This document shows, in pieces, positions 7,662 through 11,166 of a stretch of DNA of 11,166 bases (positions are counted from its first letter, which is position 1; every line of letters starts with the position of its first letter). The position numbers and the translations under genes were made by a program. Under the pieces are notes generated by a model. It did no database searches, was not told the DNA's origin, and worked only from the letters and a program-made list of their open reading frames with translations. The stretch comes from a virus, in the UHGV virus genome UHGV-1660291; one strand, 5' to 3'.

Positions 7662-8359
7662 TGCAGGATATCCGGCAGGAAACACTGAATGAATGCACCC
7701 GTGCGGAGCAGTCGGCCAGCGTGGTGCTCTGGGAAATCGATCTGACAGAGGTCGGTGGAGAACGTTATTTTTTCTGTAATGAGCAGAACGAAAAAGGTGA
7801 GCCGGTCACCTGGCAGGGGAGGCAGTATCAGGCGTATCCCATTCAGGGGAGCGGTTTTGAACTGAATGGCAAAGGCACCAGTACGCGCCCCACACTGACG
7901 GTTTCTAACCTGTACGGTATGGTCACCGGGATGGCGGAAGATCTGCAGAGTCTGGTCGGCGGAACGGTGGTCCGGCGTAAGGTTTACGCCCGTTTTCTGG
8001 ATGCGGTGAACTTCGTCAACGGAAACAGTGACGCCGATCCGGAGCAGGAGGTGATCAGCCGCTGGCGCATCGAGCAGTGCAGCGAACTGAGCGCGGTCAG
8101 TGCCTCCTTTGTGTTGTCCACACCGACGGAAACGGACGGTGCCGTTTTTCCGGGGCGCATCATGCTGGCCAACACCTGCACCTGGATCTACCGCGGCGAT
8201 GAGTGCGGTTATGATGGCCCGGCTGTCGCGGATGAATATGACCAGCCAACGTCCGATATCACGAAGGATAAATGCAGCAAATGCCTGAGCGGTTGTAAGT
8301 TCCGCAATAACGTCGGCAACTTTGGCGGCTTCCTTTCCATTAACAAACTTTCGCAGTAA
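7661..8359 (+). CDS. L: Tail tip protein gpL, with C-terminal cysteine cluster
   Basis: ATG 7661 shares its A with the M stop (TGATG); 232 aa (MQDIRQETLNECTRAEQSASVVLWEIDL...) recognised as lambda L-like. C-terminal cysteines in CTWIYRGDECGYDG and KDKCSKCLSGCKF. Stop TAA 8357-8359. Confidence 0.93.
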   Translation: MQDIRQETLNECTRAEQSASVVLWEIDLTEVGGERYFFCNEQNEKGEPVTWQGRQYQAYPIQGSGFELNGKGTSTRPTLTVSNLYGMVTGMAEDLQSLVGGTVVRRKVYARFLDAVNFVNGNSDADPEQEVISRWRIEQCSELSAVSASFVLSTPTETDGAVFPGRIMLANTCTWIYRGDECGYDGPAVADEYDQPTSDITKDKCSKCLSGCKFRNNVGNFGGFLSINKLSQ

Positions 8360-8364
8360 ATCCC

Positions 8365-9108
8365 ATGACACAGACAGAATCAGCGATTCTGGCGCACGCC
8401 CGGCGATGTGCGCCAGCGGAGTCGTGCGGCTTCGTGGTAAGCACGCCGGAGGGGGAAAGATATTTTCCCTGCGTGAATATCTCCGGTGAGCCGGAGGCGT
8501 ATTTCCGGATGGCTCCGGAGGACTGGCTGCAGGCAGAAATTCAGGGTGAGATTGTGGCGCTGGTCCACAGTCACCCCGGTGGTCTGCCCTGGCTGAGTGA
8601 GGCTGACCGGCGGCTGCAGGTGCAGAGTGATTTGCCGTGGTGGCTGGTCTGCCGGGGGACGATTCATAAGTTCCGCTGTGTGCCGCATCTCACCGGGCGG
8701 CGCTTTGAGCACGGGGTGACGGACTGTTACACGCTGTTCCGGGATGCTTACCATCTGGCGGGGATTGAGATGCCGGATTTTCATCGTGAGGATGACTGGT
8801 GGCGTCACGGTCAGAATCTCTATCTTGACAATATGGAGGCAACGGGTTTTTACCGTGTCGCACTGACAGAGGCACAACCGGGCGATGTGCTGCTGTGCTG
8901 TTTTGGTTCATCGGTGCCGAATCATGCCGCCATTTACTGTGGTGACGGCGAGCTGCTGCACCATATTCCTGAACAACTGAGCAAACGAGAGAGGTATACC
9001 GACAAATGGCAGCGACGCACACACTCCCTCTGGCGTCACCGGGCATGGCACGCATCTGCCTTTACGGGGATTTACAACGATTTGGCCGCCGCATCGATCT
9101 GCGTGTGA
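8365..9108 (+). CDS. K: Tail tip assembly protein gpK (JAB/MPN metallopeptidase plus NlpC/P60 domain); long form from ATG 8365, alternative internal start ATG 8509
   Basis: 247-codon ORF. JAMM motif visible: E19 in AESCGF (nt 8419-8421) and H68-S-H70-x7-S78-x2-D81 (nt 8566-8607). NlpC/P60-like Cys121 in GVTDCYTLF (8725-8727) and His187/His199. Lambda K is annotated from the internal Met in my memory (199 aa), but E19 lies upstream of that Met. Stop TGA 9106-9108. Confidence 0.8.
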   Translation: MTQTESAILAHARRCAPAESCGFVVSTPEGERYFPCVNISGEPEAYFRMAPEDWLQAEIQGEIVALVHSHPGGLPWLSEADRRLQVQSDLPWWLVCRGTIHKFRCVPHLTGRRFEHGVTDCYTLFRDAYHLAGIEMPDFHREDDWWRHGQNLYLDNMEATGFYRVALTEAQPGDVLLCCFGSSVPNHAAIYCGDGELLHHIPEQLSKRERYTDKWQRRTHSLWRHRAWHASAFTGIYNDLAAASICV

Positions 9109-9647
9109 AAACGGGGGCCGAAGCCATCCGGGCGCTGGTCATGCAGATCCCGGCGTTTCGTCAGAAGCTGAGCGACGGCTGGTATCAGGTACGCATTGCC
9201 GGGCGGGATACAGGTGAAACGGAATTATCAGCCCGTCTTAATGAACCGCTGGCAAATGGTGCTGTGATCCACATCGTGCCGCGTCTGGCAGGAGCCAAAA
9301 GTGGCGGTGTGTTTCAGGCTGTGCTGGGGGCGGCTGTTATGGCGGTTGCTATATGGATGCCGGGGGTAGGAATTATGGCGAGTAATCTGCTGTTTTCTCT
9401 CGGTGCCAGTATGACGCTTGGCGGTGTTGCACAGATGCTGGCCCCTAAACCCAAAACCCCCCGCACACAGACAACGGATAACGGCAAACAGAACACCTAT
9501 TTTTCTTCACTGGATAATATGGTTGCCCAGGGCAATGTCCTGCCCGTTCTGTACGGTGAAATGCGTGTGGGGTCACGTGTGGTTTCTCAGGAGATCAGCA
9601 CGGCAGACGAAGGGGACGGTGGTCAGGTTGTGGTGATTGGTCGCTGA
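9006..9647 (+). CDS. I: Tail tip assembly protein gpI (N-terminal ubiquitin-like beta-grasp domain ending in Gly-Gly, then a hydrophobic Gly/Ala-rich segment)
   Basis: ATG 9006 (MAATHTLPLASPGMARICLYGDLQRFGRRIDLRV...), 213 aa, overlaps the K 3' end by 103 nt in another frame; stop TGA 9645-9647. An alternative start is Met14 (ATG 9045). Recognised as lambda I-like. Confidence 0.88.
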   Translation: MAATHTLPLASPGMARICLYGDLQRFGRRIDLRVKTGAEAIRALVMQIPAFRQKLSDGWYQVRIAGRDTGETELSARLNEPLANGAVIHIVPRLAGAKSGGVFQAVLGAAVMAVAIWMPGVGIMASNLLFSLGASMTLGGVAQMLAPKPKTPRTQTTDNGKQNTYFSSLDNMVAQGNVLPVLYGEMRVGSRVVSQEISTADEGDGGQVVVIGR

Positions 9648-9665
9648 TGCAAAACATTTTATGTG

Positions 9666-9687
9666 AAACCGCCTGCGGGCGGTTTTG
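9666..9687 (+). terminator. I/J intergenic hairpin with T-tract (terminator-like)
   Basis: AAACCGCC (9666-9673), loop TGCG (9674-9677), GGCGGTTT (9678-9685): 8-bp stem whose 3' arm runs into TTTT, 20 nt upstream of the J start. Confidence 0.4.
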
Positions 9688-9707
9688 TCGTTTATGGAGC
9701 GTGACGA

Positions 9708-11166
9708 ATGGGTAAAGGCAGCAGTAAGGGGCATACCCCGCGCGAAGCGAAGGACAACCTGAAGTCCACGCAGCTGCTGAGTGTGATCGATGCCATCAGC
9801 GAAGGGCCGGTTGAAGGTCCGGTGGATGGATTAAAAAGCGTGCTGCTGAACAGTACGCCGGTGCTGGACAGTGAGGGGAATACCAATATATCCGGCGTCA
9901 CGGTGGTGTTCCTGGCCGGTGAGCAGGAGCAGACACCGCCGGAGGGATTTGAATCCTCCGGCTCCGAGACGGTGCTCGGTACAGAAGTGAAATATGACAC
10001 GCCGATCACCCGGACCATCACGTCGGCAAACATCGACCGTCTGCGTTTTACTTTCGGCGTGCAGGCACTGGTGGAAACCACCTCAAAGGGGGACAGGAAT
10101 CCATCGGAAGTCCGCCTGCTGGTTCAGATACAACGTAACGGTGGCTGGGTGACGGAAAAAGACATCACCATTAAGGGTAAAACCACTTCACAGTATCTGG
10201 CCTCGGTGGTGGTGGATAACCTGCCGCCGCGCCCGTTTAATATCCGGATGCGCAGGATGACGCCGGACAGCACCACAGACCAGCTGCAGAACAAAACGCT
10301 CTGGTCGTCATACACCGAAATCATCGATGTGAAACAGTGCTACCCGAACACGGCACTGGTCGGCGTACAGGTGGACTCGGAGCAGTTCGGCAGCCAGCAG
10401 GTGAGTCGTAATTATCATCTTCGCGGGCGCATTCTGCAGGTGCCGTCGAACTATAACCCGCAGACGCGGCAATACAGCGGTATCTGGGACGGAACGTTTA
10501 AGCCAGCATACAGCGACAACATGGCCTGGTGTCTGTGGGATATGCTGACCCATCCGCGCTACGGCATGGGGAAACGTCTTGGTGCAGCAGATGTGGACAA
10601 ATGGGCGCTGTACGTTATCGGCCAGTACTGCGACCAGTCTGTACCGAATGGTTTTGGTGGTACGGAGCCGCGCATCACCTGTAATGCGTACCTGACCACG
10701 CAGCGTAAGGCATGGGATGTGCTCAGCGATTTCTGCTCGGCGATGCGCTGTATGCCGGTATGGAACGGACAGACGCTGACGTTCGTGCAGGACCGACCCT
10801 CGGATAAGGTGTGGACCTATAACCGCAGTAATGTGGTGATGCCGGATGATGGTGCGCCGTTCCGCTACAGCTTCAGCGCCCTGAAGGACCGCCATAATGC
10901 CGTTGAGGTGAACTGGATTGACCCGAATAACGGCTGGGAGACGGCGACAGAGCTTGTGGAGGACACGCAGGCCATTGCCCGTTACGGTCGTAACGTCACG
11001 AAGATGGATGCTTTTGGCTGTACCAGCCGGGGGCAGGCACACCGCGCCGGGCTGTGGCTGATTAAAACAGAACTGCTGGAAACGCAGACCGTGGACTTCA
11101 GCGTGGGTGCCGAAGGGCTTCGCCATGTACCGGGCGATGTCATTGAAATCTGCGATGATGACTATG
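9708..11166 (+). CDS. J: Tip attachment protein / central tail fibre gpJ, 5' portion (continues beyond the window end)
   Basis: ATG 9708 preceded by GGAG at 9696-9699; the frame stays open to the window end (486 codons); N-terminus MGKGSSKGHTPREAKDNLKSTQLLSVIDAISEGP... recognised as lambda J-like. Confidence 0.93.
   Translation, partial: MGKGSSKGHTPREAKDNLKSTQLLSVIDAISEGPVEGPVDGLKSVLLNSTPVLDSEGNTNISGVTVVFLAGEQEQTPPEGFESSGSETVLGTEVKYDTPITRTITSANIDRLRFTFGVQALVETTSKGDRNPSEVRLLVQIQRNGGWVTEKDITIKGKTTSQYLASVVVDNLPPRPFNIRMRRMTPDSTTDQLQNKTLWSSYTEIIDVKQCYPNTALVGVQVDSEQFGSQQVSRNYHLRGRILQVPSNYNPQTRQYSGIWDGTFKPAYSDNMAWCLWDMLTHPRYGMGKRLGAADVDKWALYVIGQYCDQSVPNGFGGTEPRITCNAYLTTQRKAWDVLSDFCSAMRCMPVWNGQTLTFVQDRPSDKVWTYNRSNVVMPDDGAPFRYSFSALKDRHNAVEVNWIDPNNGWETATELVEDTQAIARYGRNVTKMDAFGCTSRGQAHRAGLWLIKTELLETQTVDFSVGAEGLRHVPGDVIEICDDDY

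Noticed and set aside
7559-8371. 270-aa reverse-strand ORF antisense to L
   Set aside because: It overlaps a confidently assigned gene on the opposite strand, has no ribosome-binding site context, and its Arg/Leu-rich composition is typical of antisense frames in GC-rich coding DNA.
8509-9108. Shorter K starting at internal ATG 8509 (199 aa, preceded by GGAGG at 8493-8497)
   Set aside because: Not excluded as an additional initiation site, but it would remove the conserved JAMM glutamate (E19) and part of the MPN fold, so the 8365 start is preferred for the functional protein.
10308-11126. 272-aa reverse-strand ORF antisense to J
   Set aside because: Same reasoning: antisense to a confidently assigned gene, with artefact-type composition.
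1-11166. Possibility of an embedded defence, anti-defence or toxin system (moron) in this structural module
   Set aside because: All intergenic gaps are 60 nt or less and every substantial ORF is accounted for by a canonical morphogenetic gene. There is no insertion, compositional island or opposite-strand gene to hold such a system.
1-11166. CRISPR array, tRNA, rRNA or IS element
   Set aside because: No regularly spaced direct repeats, no terminal inverted repeats flanking a transposase-like ORF, and no region free of protein-coding signal long enough for a structured RNA gene.

Overview
The whole window is one co-directional (+ strand) late morphogenesis operon of a lambda-type siphovirus or prophage, and I see no novel system in it. 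In order it carries the 3' end of the head decoration gene D, the major capsid gene E, FI, FII, Z, U, the major tail tube gene V, the chaperone pair G/GT with its programmed -1 frameshift, the tape measure gene H, the tip genes M, L, K and I, and the 5' ~1.46 kb of the tip attachment gene J. Genes are tightly packed or overlapping (ATGA and TGATG junctions), and the long reverse-strand ORFs are antisense artefacts of GC-rich coding sequence. I found no tRNA, rRNA, CRISPR array, IS element or inserted accessory (moron) gene. Protein identities rest on my recognition of lambda gene products from memory plus ORF structure; no alignment could be run. The points most worth a second look are: (1) the start of K, where the long ORF from 8365 is needed for a complete JAB/MPN metalloprotease motif; (2) the K/I pair, which reads as a JAB peptidase next to a ubiquitin-like domain ending in Gly-Gly; (3) a duplicated 9-residue motif at the C-terminus of the T segment, whose second copy also encodes the H ribosome-binding site and start codon; (4) three intergenic hairpins inside the operon.
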